A stretch of 64,000 nucleotides of DNA from Heteronotia binoei (taxonomy: Eukaryota): assembly GCF_032191835.1 (NCBI RefSeq), contig NC_083239.1, forward strand, positions 40,114,001-40,178,000, read 5' to 3'. Positions 45,210-58,310 of this stretch are shown here, piece by piece. Numbering within the stretch: the first letter of the stretch is position 1; every line of letters starts with the position of its first letter. The translations under genes and the position numbers were made by a program. The notes under the pieces were generated by a model, which saw only the letters and a program-made list of their open reading frames with translations, was not told where the DNA came from and searched no databases.

Positions 45210-47351
45210 TTCTTGATTTGATGCCTTTGAACAAAATTGTATTTAAAAATGGAGATCTGGGCCTATTATGCACGCACAACTTACTGCAAATTTTCTGAGC
45301 AGGAAGCCTTTAATGTTAACTCTGGCACCGATTTCCCACTCACCTTACACGGCTGTCACGTTCCTTCCTTCTGATTTCACACTATCTGCCCCAGGGCTGC
45401 AACTAGTGTTCCCTCTAAGCTGCAGAGTTTTGTGAGCTACTGGCATCAAAGTTGTGAGCTACTGCATAAATTATTGTGCTCTGGGGTCATCCTTCCTGAG
45501 CTAAGACAAAAATGTGTGAGCTGGCGGCTAAAAATCTGAGCTAGCTCACGCTAACTCAGCTTAGAGGGAACACTGGCTGCAACTAGCGTTGATGTTTTTG
45601 CACAGAAAAATTTGTTTGCCGCGCAAAAACGCTGACGTTACTTGCAGCCCCGGGAAGGATAGTGTGAAATCGGAATGAAGTCCCACTGAGAAGAGGAACG
45701 TAAGAGTGGCGTAAGGTGACTGGGAAACCGGTCTGGATTTTGTGCCTGATTTATGTACCTTTCCTTTTCCTCTGGTGCATTTATTCTGCAATTACAATTT
45801 TTAAAATGCACTTTTCTAAATTGGGCTAGAATGTCATTGGACATGAAATAACATCAAATGATATTAGCACCTGACTGTTTTAATGTTTATGTGTAATTTT
45901 AATTATGATGTAATTATGGGTTAATTTATGTGTATTGTGATTTTATGGGCTGTGAGCTGCCCCGAGCCTGCTTCGGCGGGCAGGGCGGGATATAAATCTA
46001 ATAAACCTAAACTTGTGATGTGTGGGGGATGGTGTCCAAAGTTTTTTTTTAAATTTATGCAGTTTCTGTATCACAGCTGAGCAGTAGCATCCAGCAAGGG
46101 CTTTCCACTTAAAATCTTGTGGTGCAGGTTTTGCACCTGCATTTTAATGGTGGTTGGTTGAATGAAAGGGAACAGAAAGGAACACAGGCAAAGGGGGAAA
46201 ACCCAATGTTGAAATTGACAATACCTTTTTTGAAACTGACAAGAAGCTGCAAAGCCCCATTTCTCATATTGGGGCGCACTTGGGGTTTCTCTGCTGTGTT
46301 ATCAGACCCTGTGCAAAATGGGAAAGAGTCACATGATCTCAATATGGGGAAACATGTTGAGTGTACAGTATGCATAGTAGAACTCACTGACATTGGCATT
46401 GCAAGCCATTGATAGTTGGCAATGTCTGTGGGCTGGCTCCGCCTCTTCTGGCTACCATTCTGGGGTTGGCTCCACCTCTTTTGACAGCCATTTTGTGTTT
46501 GCATGCGCCACTCTGTGTCACTTACCCAAAGGTGCCCACAGGCTTAAAAAGGTTGGGGACTCCAATGCAGGCATGAGGAACAAGAAATAAGACCCAATGA
46601 TAGGATGCAGAGAGTGCCAGCAAGAATTGCTGGGGTGGCTAAAACTAAACCAAAGTAAAAAAATCAGAAACAAAAGTCAGAGATCTGACTGACAATTCCC
46701 TAAATGAGTACACTGGGAATGTTTCTGTGTGTGCGCATGCTAGTTTTGGTCTTAACGTGTCTGAGGATGTAGTTTTATACTGCTCTGCAGCCCCTGACTT
46801 GGGCTGAAAGGTGGGACAGAAGTCTTGTTAGTGAAAATAAATTAATGAATCTTTGCCATGACAAAACACCCAGTTGCTATTGAAATGGTGATCCAAATGA
46901 TGAACATTTAAAGAAGTATTTTATTTGCATCATCTCTTGAAAACGAAACAGCTGCACTACAGTCAGAAGGCTGGGGGGTGGAGTTTGTTACAAATATCGC
47001 TAACACTGAGAAATACTCTCCCCCCCCCCAAAAAAGATTTTTTCCTGGTTTTCAAAGTAGTTTTTCTCATGTTATTAAACAAAAATGCATAAGGGATGTT
47101 TTACCATCCATTCCTCTCACTATTCTTTATAAATCAGTAACTATAAGGATCATATGGTGCGTGGGGGGTGCTATTTTCATATTGGGAGCATGGAGGGGCC
47201 CTTTCTCACGACTTGTGGTAGCTTTTGACAGCCAGAAAAGGAGAGCTCTTTTATACTGCTCACTTCACCTTGGAGTTAGAATCCCAAATTCTAGATTTTG
47301 TCTTCCCTCACCAGGACTTGTAAAATTGGGCCCCCAATAAACAGGACTCAA

Positions 47352-47643
47352 GGAGTGCCATGGCGCAGAGTGGTAAAGCTGCAGTACTGCAGTCAGTACT
47401 GCTCACGACCTGAGTTCGATCCCGGCAGAAGCTGGTTTCAGGTAGCTGGCTCAGGTTGACTCAGCCTTCCATCCTTCCGAGGTCGATAAAATGAGTACTC
47501 AGCTTGCTGGGGAAAATCATAGATGGCTGGGGAAGGCAATGGCAAACCACCCCGTAAAAAGTCTGCCGTGAAAACGTTGTGAAAGCAACGTCACCCCAGA
47601 GTCAGAAAGGACTGGTGCTTGCACAGGGGACTACCTTTACCTT
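47352..47643 (+). mobile_element. Sauria SINE with target-site duplication
   Basis: 14-bp TSD taaacaggactcaa (47338-47351, 47644-47657). The paralogous site near 62030 is empty. Confidence 0.85.
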
Positions 47644-48023
47644 TAAACAGGACTCAAAGTTAGCATTAAAAAATTGGCTGATGGCTGTAAGGCACAAGGG
47701 GTCCCCCTGAGCGTGGAAATGGGCTTTCACTCCATCGTGATTAGCAAATCCAGAACATGATTATGCAAAATAAGAAATTATACAAATGTATTCTGCTTGC
47801 AGAATTTGCATGGCTCACGGAAATCAGTTCTTGGCACTGAATTTGAGTAACATCGTTTTCAAGGCATACAACCCTGACCGTTTTGCGTCATGTGGTCTAG
47901 AAACTTGGGTTTTGCTTTAAACAGATGAGGAATTCTATCCATGCCAAGCGAGTCCTCTATTTCCAGAAACCTGACCGAGGTATCACAGAATACCCTGTCA
48001 TTGCATCTGCAGATTGGTGTCTT

Positions 48024-49025
48024 CTAGACCGACATCTTCTCTTTGCCTTTCAGAACTCTAGAGAGGATGTTTGGGATATAGTTGGTGATGGCTGTTAGGC
48101 ATCTACATAGTAGATGGTAGATGGTAAAAAATAAGTCCATCACTGCCTGAAAGACTGCCACTGGCTTGTCAATGGCCAGAGCTCTAACCAGGCCAAAGAA
48201 TTGGTAGCACTGAGAGCGGAACCCCCCAAGGAAGAACACGGCAGCCTCGAACAAAAGCACTGGCAGACACAGCAAACCCCAAACCCACGAGTACAAGACT
48301 GTGAGCCAATTCTTCCCCTTGTTCTCCAAGACAGATTTCGAGAGGGAACGCAGTCTGAAAATGAACGCTTCCTTCTTCAGCCACAAGAGGTCGCTCTGCA
48401 GCTTCTCCCGCAGGAGGGGGAAGTCAAAGCTCTGGGCGTCCCAGTTGGACACCAGGAAGACTTGGGGATCATTCACATTTTCTCTCAGCAAGCAGGCCGT
48501 GCAGTCCTCCTTGATGTGTTGGAGGACCTTCTCATCGTCATAGCCTGATGGTTGCCGTCTTCGGGATGCCTGCACATCAAGGTCCGTTTTGGCCCGTACA
48601 AAGTAGAACCTCTTGCCCATCGCCTGGATGTCGTGGACCAGTTCAGCGTGGATGGTCCGGAAGCGCTGGTAGCCGACGATAATGAAGAAGTCATAGGCTT
48701 TCAGGTCCTCTTGATTGGTGTGGGAGCCGAAAGATTCTTCTCTCCCGGGCAGGTCCCAGAGGACGACTTGCGGCAGCGTAGGATGTGGGTAATCCCTGGC
48801 CTTCATCGTTGTCATTTGGATGCCAGTCTCTGCAGCACCTGGGTCACCGGAGCATTTGCCCAGCATGCTGTTGATGAAGGAGGATTTTCCTGAGCCTGGT
48901 TCACCCACCACGGCGACATTGAGCAGCGTGTTGCTAAAATACTGCAGCGGTTTTGCATTTGTCATAGAAATGGCCTCTGACAGCTTCCTCTGATGAACAG
49001 CGACCTGAAATTCATCCATAGCCAT
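48024..49025 (-). CDS. Divergent immunity-related GTPase, 333 aa, single coding exon
   Basis: Acceptor cttcttttcgctgcag| at 49039, ATG 49025 (MAMDEFQ). G1 GEPGSGKS, DLPG, YDFFII, RAKTD, VFLVS, DFPLL; paralogue of 62602-63762. Confidence 0.85.
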   Translation of the reverse strand: MAMDEFQVAVHQRKLSEAISMTNAKPLQYFSNTLLNVAVVGEPGSGKSSFINSMLGKCSGDPGAAETGIQMTTMKARDYPHPTLPQVVLWDLPGREESFGSHTNQEDLKAYDFFIIVGYQRFRTIHAELVHDIQAMGKRFYFVRAKTDLDVQASRRRQPSGYDDEKVLQHIKEDCTACLLRENVNDPQVFLVSNWDAQSFDFPLLREKLQSDLLWLKKEAFIFRLRSLSKSVLENKGKNWLTVLYSWVWGLLCLPVLLFEAAVFFLGGFRSQCYQFFGLVRALAIDKPVAVFQAVMDLFFTIYHLLCRCLTAITNYIPNILSRVLKGKEKMSV

Positions 49026-50829
49026 CGATCTGGGTGTTCTGCAGCGAAAAGAAGGAGGAAGATTTTTAGCGTCACCGATTCCTAACACTGTTTTTAAAAT
49101 AAGAAACTTTTCTGCTATTCATTTTCCTTTTTAAAATGTGTGTGTGTGTGTATATATATAAATTATTTATAGCCCAACTTTCTCTCTGGAACTCAAGGAG
49201 GTTTACATAGGGTGAGTCGATGAGATCAATGGGACGGGGTGTCCAGTAAACAATGCAACAGAATTGCACTGGAACTCTTAAAACAGAATTAAAGCAAAGC
49301 ATAAGTATAAACACGACACATTAAATGATGCAAAAATACGTACCAGCAAGCTACACACACAGTATAGACCAGGGGTTGATTAACCTAAGAGCCACAGAAT
49401 AAAAATCAGATGTTTGAGAGCCACAAGACATGAATGTCAGAGGAAGGAAGGAAGGAAAATAGATGAGGGGAGGGGGTGAAATAGAGAGGTGGAAAGAAAG
49501 CAACTTTAACTTTAAAAGCATTCTTCAAGCCATTGTACACTGGCTGGCTTGGAGAAGTGATTTAAAGCAACAAATTTGGGGGTTGGGCTAGATGACCCTG
49601 GTGGTCCCTTCCAACTCTATGATTCCATGAAATGCCTTCTCCATGGCAGCAAGTTTGGGGTTGGTGGGCGGGTTGGTTGGAGTCTTACTTCAACGGGAGA
49701 GACCACAAGGGGGCAGAATGATCAAGCCCCTTCTTTCCCCATGCTGCAGGCTCAACAGTCAGCTGCTATTTGCTTTTCGTTTCAGGTGGCGGCAGTACCG
49801 CTGTACCGGAGATGAGTAAGACTTGAGTCCGGCAGCACCTTAGAAGCTAACAAGATTTCTGGAGCATGAGCTTCTGAGAGTCAACGTTTCTCGCGCCAGA
49901 TATTTGTTTCTAACAAATGCTGGGGAGTCCTGGTTGTCTCTCCCCCCCCAGTGCCAGGTCTGGCTAGATATCCCTGGGGAATCAGCTGGCTAGGAAGGCA
50001 GAGGAGATGCTTTGACTGGTGAAATGTCTGGCTGAACTTTCTCCCTTGCCGGCTTTGGTGCCTGAAAATTGCACGCTGGAAGACCTGCCTAATTCTGCCT
50101 CTCGGGGTTGCCAAGTGGCCCGGAGAAATATAAAAACAGCTGCCCGTTTAGTAGACACTTAACAGCATCTCATTCAGGTAGATCCAGGTTGGTCTGAAGC
50201 AGTAGAACAAAGTAGGAGTCCAGTGGCACCTTTAAGCCCGACAAAGTTTAATTCAGAAGGGAAGCTTTCGTCTGCATGCACACTTTTATCAGATAATGAA
50301 ATGAGGTACAGTGAGCAGAGCTACTTATAGCTGGTGGGCAGCGGTTAAGAATGTAAAGTGATAAAAAAAAGAGTTAGGATCTAATGGCAAAATAGTGTAA
50401 TAAACGAACTGAAAGAGCATTTGGTCTGGATAGCATTTCTGGGAAACCCATAAAGGATAATAACAGTTGCTGATTAATTACTCTTGCAACAAGTCTAGGT
50501 AAAACAAAAGGACATGCATTTCCCAGTGTTCTTGTCCACCTAATTCATTCATGTCATGATGTGAAGTGTTTTGTTTTATTTTTTAAAACATTTCCCACTT
50601 TTATTCAGAGGGTACGGCATTTTTCGCCCTGCCTGTTGGCAACCAGACTCTTCAGATCTTTCCTCTGTGGCACACCCCTAGCTCAAGAGCCCCCGACCCC
50701 AAAAATGCAGCTGAAAGGGCAATCCAATGCTCCTTTGCTTCCCCCCCCCCCATTCCCCAACTCTCCCTTGCCTTCTCTGCCTGAGAGCTTTGCACAGAGA
50801 CATTTTGCATCTGACCAAGGGTAACAGAG

Positions 50830-51135
50830 AGCCCCGTGGTGCAGAGTGGTAAAGCTGCAGTACTGCAGTCAGAACCCTCTGCTCATGACCTGAGTTCGAT
50901 CCCTGGTGGAAGCTGGGTTTTCAGGTAGCTGGCTCCAGGTTGACTCAGCCTTCCATCCTTCCGAGGTTGGTGAAATGAGTGCCCAGCTTGCTGAGAAGGG
51001 GGGGGGAAGCGTAGATGACTGGGGAAAGCAATGGCAAACCACCCTGTAAAAAGTCTGCGAAGAAAATGTGAAAGCAACGTCACCCCAAAGTCGAAAATGA
51101 CTGGTGCTTGCACAGGGGACTACCTTTACCTTTTT
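50830..51135 (+). mobile_element. Sauria SINE
   Basis: Full-length copy ending in ctacctttaccttt. Confidence 0.8.
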
Positions 51136-52623
51136 AACCTCTCATGGAAGACTGTTGATTTCTGAGGCTCCAACTGCTATACAACAATTGTAAAAACTGG
51201 AGAGTATCTAAATATAAATTTGAAGGAAATACTGGGCATTCCGTTACTGAATTCAAGGCTTTGCCTCGTGTACTGCAGCCTGAAGACGGTGAATGAAATG
51301 GAGAGTCACCTAGACAATCCATGGTTGCTGCTGCTGTAACATCAACCCTCCATTGTAATTTTGCCAATGTTAGTAAAACCTGGCATCGAGTGCAGGGATG
51401 TCACATGCAGTTCGGGGGGCCAAATCAGGCCCCCCAGAGCAACTGGCTGTCATCTGCTTCCTTTTCCCTCTATCTTGCTTCCTTCTGCATAACAGCTTGC
51501 CTTGCAAGACTTGCTCAATTGCACAGCAGACCAAAACCTCTATTTTCTCCATTGGCTGAGGCTCCCCCGTCCCAGTCCTCTGCGGAAGGAAAGAAAGAGC
51601 CAGAGCTTCCTTTGCCCAGTTCCCTGGATCCCATGGGAGAGATACAAAGAAAGCATCCTTAAGACCAAAGAGTGCTAACATTTTAAGCATGTTTTAGGTT
51701 TTTTAATATATATATATATATATATATGGGTGTGTGTATATGTACACACACACATATATACATACATACACACACACATATATATATACTGTGGCTAATA
51801 GCCACAGATGGACCTGTTTGTTTGTTTCAAAATATAGAGAAGAAGGCCAAGACTTGTATCAACAGTTGTTACTTTTATACAGTTTCCTCCCCTTTCTTAC
51901 AATATCACTTTTCTATACAGCCATCTCTTTCTGTATAACCCTTCTAAAATGCAGCCGAATCCTATGATCCGATGCTCTTTTGCTCCCCCCCCCCAACAGT
52001 CCCCCAAACCTCCCTGGCCTGCAGGACCGGATCTAGGGGGGGGGGCAGAGGGGGAGGCAGAAGGGGCTGCTTGCCCCGGCCCAGACCGAGAGGGGGCGCC
52101 AAACTGGGTGTGGAGTCCATTGTATTCTATGGGACCATAAGACAGAATGGCTCATAAGAGGGAGTCATTTTTTAATTTTGCCCCCCCCCCCTCAAAAAAC
52201 ATGTCGAGCCGGTCCTGCTGGCCTGCCTTCCAGCCAATCTAACTCCAGAATCTCATTCCCTTCCCGGCCCTGGGAGCAAGAATCCCGGCTAATGCTCACC
52301 GTGGGTCTCTCTCAACAGCCCCGCATTGCACTGAGGCCCTTCAAGCCCCCCGCCCCCGGCCCACCGACCCACCCAAACGCACCAGCCAGCCGTCAAACCC
52401 CCTGCAAACTCCGTGACGCCCAGCCGCCGCAGTAGCAACACAAGCGATCGCGGACACCAGGCACCCAGATGTGCCCGCGGGCGCATCTGCACCACAGCTG
52501 GGGAAAGCGCAGCGTTTCCCGGGGGTCGAGGAGCGCCGCTGCAGCTGCCGACTCCTGTCTCGGTCTCGGTGGAGCCGGGGAAAGACACAGCGAGGAGGAT
52601 GTGGTGGGGCAGGATCGCCTTAC

Positions 52624-53099
52624 CTTCTGCTCCCCCGGCGTCCAGCGCGACTCCTTCCGGGCTTCCTCGAGTCTCTCAGCGGCTTTTTGTCCCTGCAGGG
52701 CTGTTCCCCCGACCTTCAGACTCGGCGCTCCCCTCCTGTCGCCCCGGTGCAGAAAGCGAAAGCCAAAAGCCGATTTGCGCGTCTGCAGCCCAGAGCCCGC
52801 TGGCCACCAGGGGGCGCCAAAGGGCAGCGCGCTTGGATAGATCCGGGCTCGCTTTTCCAACTTTCTCCCGGGTTTATCAGCTCGTTTTCGGCTCTTGGCC
52901 TCTGGCCGAGCACAATCGACTGGACTCTCTCCCGACAATAAAATCCATCGTTGCAGCGGGGCGTGTTAGCAATTTCCCAGCTCGGAGTCGGCGAGCCTGA
53001 CACGCACAGCTCCCCCGCCCCCCCTTTCACCGCGTCTGCTGGTGAATGTCCGGAAAAGGAAAACGAAATCCGTTTGGCTTCAGGTTCCCTTTCTTGGAA
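52624..53099 (-). promoter_or_regulatory. CpG-island promoter/first exon of the 48024-49025 IRG with ISRE and GAS motifs
   Basis: Minus-strand donor gcagaag|gtaag at 52624. GAAAGCGAAAG 52752-52762, GAAA-AG-GAAA-AC-GAAA 53053-53068, GAS TTCTTGGAA 53091-53099. CpG-dense from 52200 to 53330. Confidence 0.6.
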
Positions 53100-53439
53100 A
53101 TCAGCTCTTTGAGCGGCCGAGCCAGGGAGGAAGGAGGGGAAACAGGGCAGCGCTCCCGGGGGGAAGGGACGGCTCAGCTGCCAAGTTGCAAAAATTCTCC
53201 CAGTTTGGCACGCAGCCATAGAGCACCCGCAGCTGGACTGCTGTCTCCAAATTCTTTGCTTGCTTTAGAGTTACCAACGGAATCAAGAAAAGCTTTGGGG
53301 GGGAATCTTGGGCGCCCCAGCCGCAACTGACCCAGGCTGGCCTGGTCTCATCAGATCTTGGAAGCTAAACAGGATTGGCCCTGGCTAAAGTTGGGATTAG
53401 GGTTGCCAGTCCCCAGGTAGGGAATTATTAGGAAGGGAA

Positions 53440-54045
53440 TTGAAAACTAATCAGCCAGTATCATAATGCCCCTGTATAAATCGATGATGCGGTCTCATTT
53501 GGAATATTGTGTGCAATTCTGGTCACCTCAAAAAGGATATTATAGCATTGGAAAAAGTCCAGAAAAGGGCAACTAGAATGATTCAAGGTTTGGAACACTT
53601 TCCCTATGAAGAAAGGTTAAAATGCTTGGGGCTCTTTAGCTTGGAGAAACATCGACTGCAGGGTGACATGATAGAGGTTTACAAGATAATGCATGGGATG
53701 GAGAAAGAAGTACTTTTCTCCCTTTCTCACAATATAAGAACTTGTGGGCATTCAATGAAATTGCTGAGCAGTCAGGTTAAAATGGATAAAAGGAAGTACG
53801 TACTTCTTCACCCAAAGGATGATTAACATGTGGAATTCACTGCCGCAGGAGGTGGTGGCAGCTACAAGCATAGCCAGCTTCAAGAGGGGATTGGATAAAA
53901 ACATGGAGCAGAGGTCCATCAGTGGCTATTAGCCACACAGTGTGTGTGTGTGTGTGTGTGTGTATTGGCCACTGTGTGACACAGAGTGTTGGATTGGATG
54001 GGCCATTGGCCTGATCCAACATGGCTTCTCTTATGTTCTTACGTT
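53440..54045 (+). mobile_element. CR1 LINE 3' fragment
   Basis: KDIIALEKVQKRATRMIQGLEHFPYEERLKCLGLFSLEKHRLQGDMIEVYKIMHG plus CR1 3' UTR. Confidence 0.85.
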
Positions 54046-54726
54046 AGGGACAGGGGATCCCCTGCTTCAGGGTCATCAGGAAGCAGCGTGGGGGAAGGGA
54101 AATGTCTGCTGGGCACTCCATTATTCCCTATGGAGACCGATTCCCATAGGGTATAATGGAGAATTGATCCATGGGTATCTGGGACTCTGGGGAGGCTATT
54201 TTTGAGGTTGGGGTACCAAATTTGCAGCATGGCATCCAATGCCTCTCCCCAAAATACCCTCCAAGTTTCAAAAGGATTGGTCTAGGGGGTCCAATTCTAT
54301 GAGCCCCCAAAGAAGGTGCCTATCCTTCATTATTTCCAATGGTGAGAAGGTGTGTGGTCCCTTTAAATGTGATGGCCAGAACTCCCTTTGGAGTTCAGTA
54401 TGCTTGTCCCAGCCTTTCTCCTGGTTCCACCCCCAAAGTCCCCAGATATTTCTTGAACTAGACTTGGCAACCCTCGTTTGGATGGGAGATCTCCAAGGCA
54501 TACGAGGGTCATGGCATGGCGGCAGGCAACAGCAAACCATCCCCGACGTTTCGTCTTGAAAACCCCATGGGGTTGGCATCGGTCGGCTGTGACTTAATAG
54601 CGCTTTCCACGCAGACACAGACGCACCAGGAAAAAATCTTGCAAACCTCGTGTTGGAAATGGTGGCAGAAAAATATGCATGGCTGACGTCTAATACTTGA
54701 GGGCAATGCTATCGGAATGGGGCCAA

Positions 54727-55219
54727 AGAAGAAGATATTGGATTTATATCCCGCCCTCCACTCCGAAGAGTCTCAGAGCGGCTCGCAATCTCCTTTACCT
54801 TCCTCCCCCACAACAGACACCCTGTGAGGTGGGTGGGGCTGGAGAGGGCTCTCACAGCAGCCGCCCTTTCAAGGACAACCTCTGCCAGAGCTAGGGCTGA
54901 CCCCACGGCCATGCTAGCAGGTGCAAGTGGAGGAGTGGGGAATCAAACCCGGTTCTCCCAGATAAGAGTCTGCCCTTTCGAGGACAACCTCTGTCAGAGC
55001 TATGGCTGACCCAAGGCCATGCTAGCAGGTGCAAGTGGAGGAGTGGGGAATCAAACCCGGTTCTCCCAGATAAGAGTCTGCCCTTTCGAGGACAACCTCT
55101 GTCAGAGCTATGGCTGACCCAAGGCCATGCTAGCAGGTGCAAGTGGAGGAGTGGGGAATCAAACCCGGTTCTCCCAGATAAGAGTCTGCACACTTAACCA
55201 CTACACCAAACTGGCTCTC
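54727..55219 (-). mobile_element. tRNA-derived SINE with internal 108-bp triplication
   Basis: Units start at 54863, 54972 and 55080. Confidence 0.8.
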
Positions 55220-56504
55220 CAAAGGGGTGCACGCCACTGTTCGGGAGGGTGGGGGGAGGGAAGGGTTCCTCAGGTGGAATAATCTGCTGTAAGTAGCACT
55301 TGGAGAGAAAGAGGAGGCATCAATGAACCGGAGGACATTAGGGCCCTGCGAGAGTTCCCACAGTTCCACAGGGCCTGTAAAACGGCACTCTTCCACCTTG
55401 CTGTCCCATAATGGCAACTTCTACAGCAACGGATTAGGCCCCTAAACCAGAAATTTAACACCACTCTGGACTTCCTACCACGCTATGGCGATCTGGGGTC
55501 CCTTTGGAGCACCTAATACTGATCATTCTGTTACACGGCGCTACCATCGAAAAGAACCGTTTCATAATGCACTAGCACCTACTGAATATGTTGTTTTATA
55601 ACTGATGTTTTATAATTGTTTTATGTTCCTGTGTTTTATCGATGTTTTATCTTGTTCGGTCATTTTTTTGACCCCAACCAGTGAGCCGCCCTGAGCCTGC
55701 CTCTGGTGGGGAGGGTGGGATATAGAATAAATAAATAAACTAAATAGCAGCTTAATGGCTACCGATTGCCCAAGTCTCTTGGGGACTGTGGATTGCTGGG
55801 AGGGCAGGTCCTGAAGATTTGGCTGGAGATTCTTTGTCTGTGTTGTGGTCCCTTTGTGAGGGACTAGCCACCGCCTTTCCCGCCCTCTTCTTTATTGCTG
55901 CCACCCCTTTAGGTGAAATCTAGCCCCTCTTTCTCTCTTGGATCACACAAGGTGAACTCTGTGAGGCGTCCCACTGTAGAAGAACACAGATTTATACCCC
56001 ACCCTTCTCTCTGAATCAGTGTCTCAGAGCGGCTTACAATTTCCTTTATTTCCTTCCCCCTCAACAGACACCCAGAGGTCCATCAGTTAGCCACAGCGTA
56101 TTGTTGGATCTCTGTCTGGGGCAGTGATGCTCTGTATTCTTAGTGCTTGCAGGGGGCATAGTGGGAGGGCTTCTAGTGTCCTGGCCCCACTGATGGACCT
56201 CCTGATGGCACTTAGTTTCTTTGGCCACTGTGTGACACAGAGTGTTGGACTGGATGGGCCATCGGCCTGATCCAACACGGCTTCTCTTATGTTCTTACCC
56301 TGTGAGGTAGGTGGGGCTGAGAGAGCTCTCGCAGAAGCTGCCTTTTCAAGGACAACTCTGCCAGAACTATGGCTGACCCAAGGCCATTCCAGCAGCTGCA
56401 AGTGGAGGAGTGGGGGAATCAAATCCGGTTCTCCCAAATAAGAGTCCGCGCACTTCACCACTGCACCAAACTGACTCTCTAGCAGGACAAGGAGTCAAGG
56501 CAGG

Positions 56505-56770
56505 TCTCGCTTTCGGCTCTTGGCCTGTGGCCCACCGAAATTGACGGGACTCTCTCCTCCTCATAAAAATCAATCCTCGCAGTGGGGCACCTCAGCAATT
56601 GCCCAGTTTGGAGTCGGAGAGCCTGAGAGGCACATCCCTCCCCACCACCCCCTTTCTCAGCGCTCATGCCAGCGAGTGTCCGGAAAAGGAAAGCAAAATC
56701 CCTTTGGCTGCAGGTTCTCTTTCTTGGAAATCAGCTCTTTGAGCGGCTGGAGCAGGGAGGCAGAAGGGGA
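56505..56770 (-). promoter_or_regulatory. Partial duplicate of the IRG upstream ISRE/GAS region
   Basis: Colinear with ~52845-53150; retains GAAA-AG-GAAA (56683-56692) and TTCTTGGAA (56721-56729). Confidence 0.55.
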
Positions 56771-56962
56771 GACGGGGCAGTGGGGGGGACGAGAACAACT
56801 GACAGCAGGCAACTGTTCAGCTCAGCCGCTTCTTGCAAAAAAAAAAGTATCCCCGTTTTGCAAGCAGTCAGAGAGAGCCCAGGGGTCTGCTGGCTCCAAA
56901 TGCTCTTGCTCGAGGGTTACCAACCTCCAGGGGGTGGCTGGAGATCTCCCACTATTACGATT

Positions 56963-57243
56963 GAAGAAGATGATGATATTGGATTTATATCCCGCCCTCC
57001 ACTCCGAAGAGTCTCAGAGCAGCTCACAATCTCCTTTACCTTCCTCCCCGACAACAGACACCCTGTGAGGTGGGTGGGGCTGGAGAGGGCTCTCACAGCA
57101 GCTGCCCTTTCAAGGACAACCCCTGCCAGAGCTATGGCTGACCCAAGGCCATTCCAGCAGGTGCCAGTGGAGGAGTGGGGAATCAAACCCGGTTCTCCCA
57201 GATAAGAGTCTGCACACTTAACCACTACACCAAACTGGCTCTC
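56963..57243 (-). mobile_element. tRNA-derived SINE (Squam3-like), young subfamily
   Basis: Full-length copy. Confidence 0.75.
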
Positions 57244-58310
57244 TAGGCAACTGGTCTCCAGGCAACAGGGATCTGTTCGCCTGGGGAAGACAGTGGCCTC
57301 AATTGAAACGCCTCCCCTCCCCAAACCCCAACCTCCCCAGGGACCCCCCCCCCCCCAAGTCTCCCGTCGGTATTTCCCAACCTGCACCTGGCAGCCCAAC
57401 TTTGGGGATGTCAATTTGGTGTAGTGGTGAAGTGTGCGGACTCTTATCTGGGAGAACCGGGTTTGATTCCCCGCTCTTCCACTCGCAAGCCGTCAATTGA
57501 AAATTGTAATTTGGGCGTTGGAGAGAGGCCGGTCTGAGGACCTTGTCAGTTGGCCTGTGAAGAAGCTGCAGGTGCAGCGAACACGATTTAAGCTGGGGAT
57601 TGCGTGAAGGCAAGAATTTCTCCTTTGGAAGCTGACATCAGTGGAAGGACTCCGTTTGGAATTTACTCTCGAGTAGTATTACTCCTTATAGACTTTTTTT
57701 GCAAAGAACTCGTCGGGGTCGTCCTTAGGAACAGTGTTTCTGTTTGGGACTTTATGCTCTCTATGTGGTTCTAGAATGAAAGTTGGATGTTTTTGTACAA
57801 TATAATATAGAGATTTTTGCAAACGTTGTCCAACTGTGTTCTTGACACCATTGTTGTCCGATTTCTGCTTATATTGTGCTGCCATTGTTTTCTCTGCATT
57901 TTCTCCAGAGGAGCTGATCTCTGCCAGCTGGAGATCCGTTGTAAAAGCAGGAGATCTCCAGGCCTCACCTGGAGGCTGGCAACCCTAACCCAATATAAAG
58001 GGAGGGGGGAATCCTGCCTCTCAGAGCCAAATTTGCACTCGCTGCCTGCTTGGAGTTTAAAATCTGCCTCCCTTAGAAGTGTCTTTACTCTACGTCCTCT
58101 CCTTTCACCCCATCTCTGTCTTTGAAAGAAGTGCAGACAGCCCATAATAAGCTTCCACTGCTCTCCCTTCCAAAGGAAATTTCCCTGGATGAGGTTGCTG
58201 TGATCTCTCCCCCCCCCCGCCCCCAAGGAAGGGGGAGCATGAAACAAAACACCCCCCCCCCCTTTGCTAACAGCAAAACCAACCAAATCAAAAACTTTGG
58301 GTGTACTGTT

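Noticed and set aside
49026-49088. 21-aa extension of the 354-aa ORF
   Set aside because: Crosses the acceptor at 49039; the paralogue starts at the homologous MAM(D/E)EF.
52178-53330. Many overlapping 120-195 aa ORFs
   Set aside because: Stop-poor CpG island; low-complexity translations with no domain motifs.
54863-55190. CRISPR-like direct repeats
   Set aside because: Eukaryotic DNA; contiguous 108-bp units with no unique spacers.
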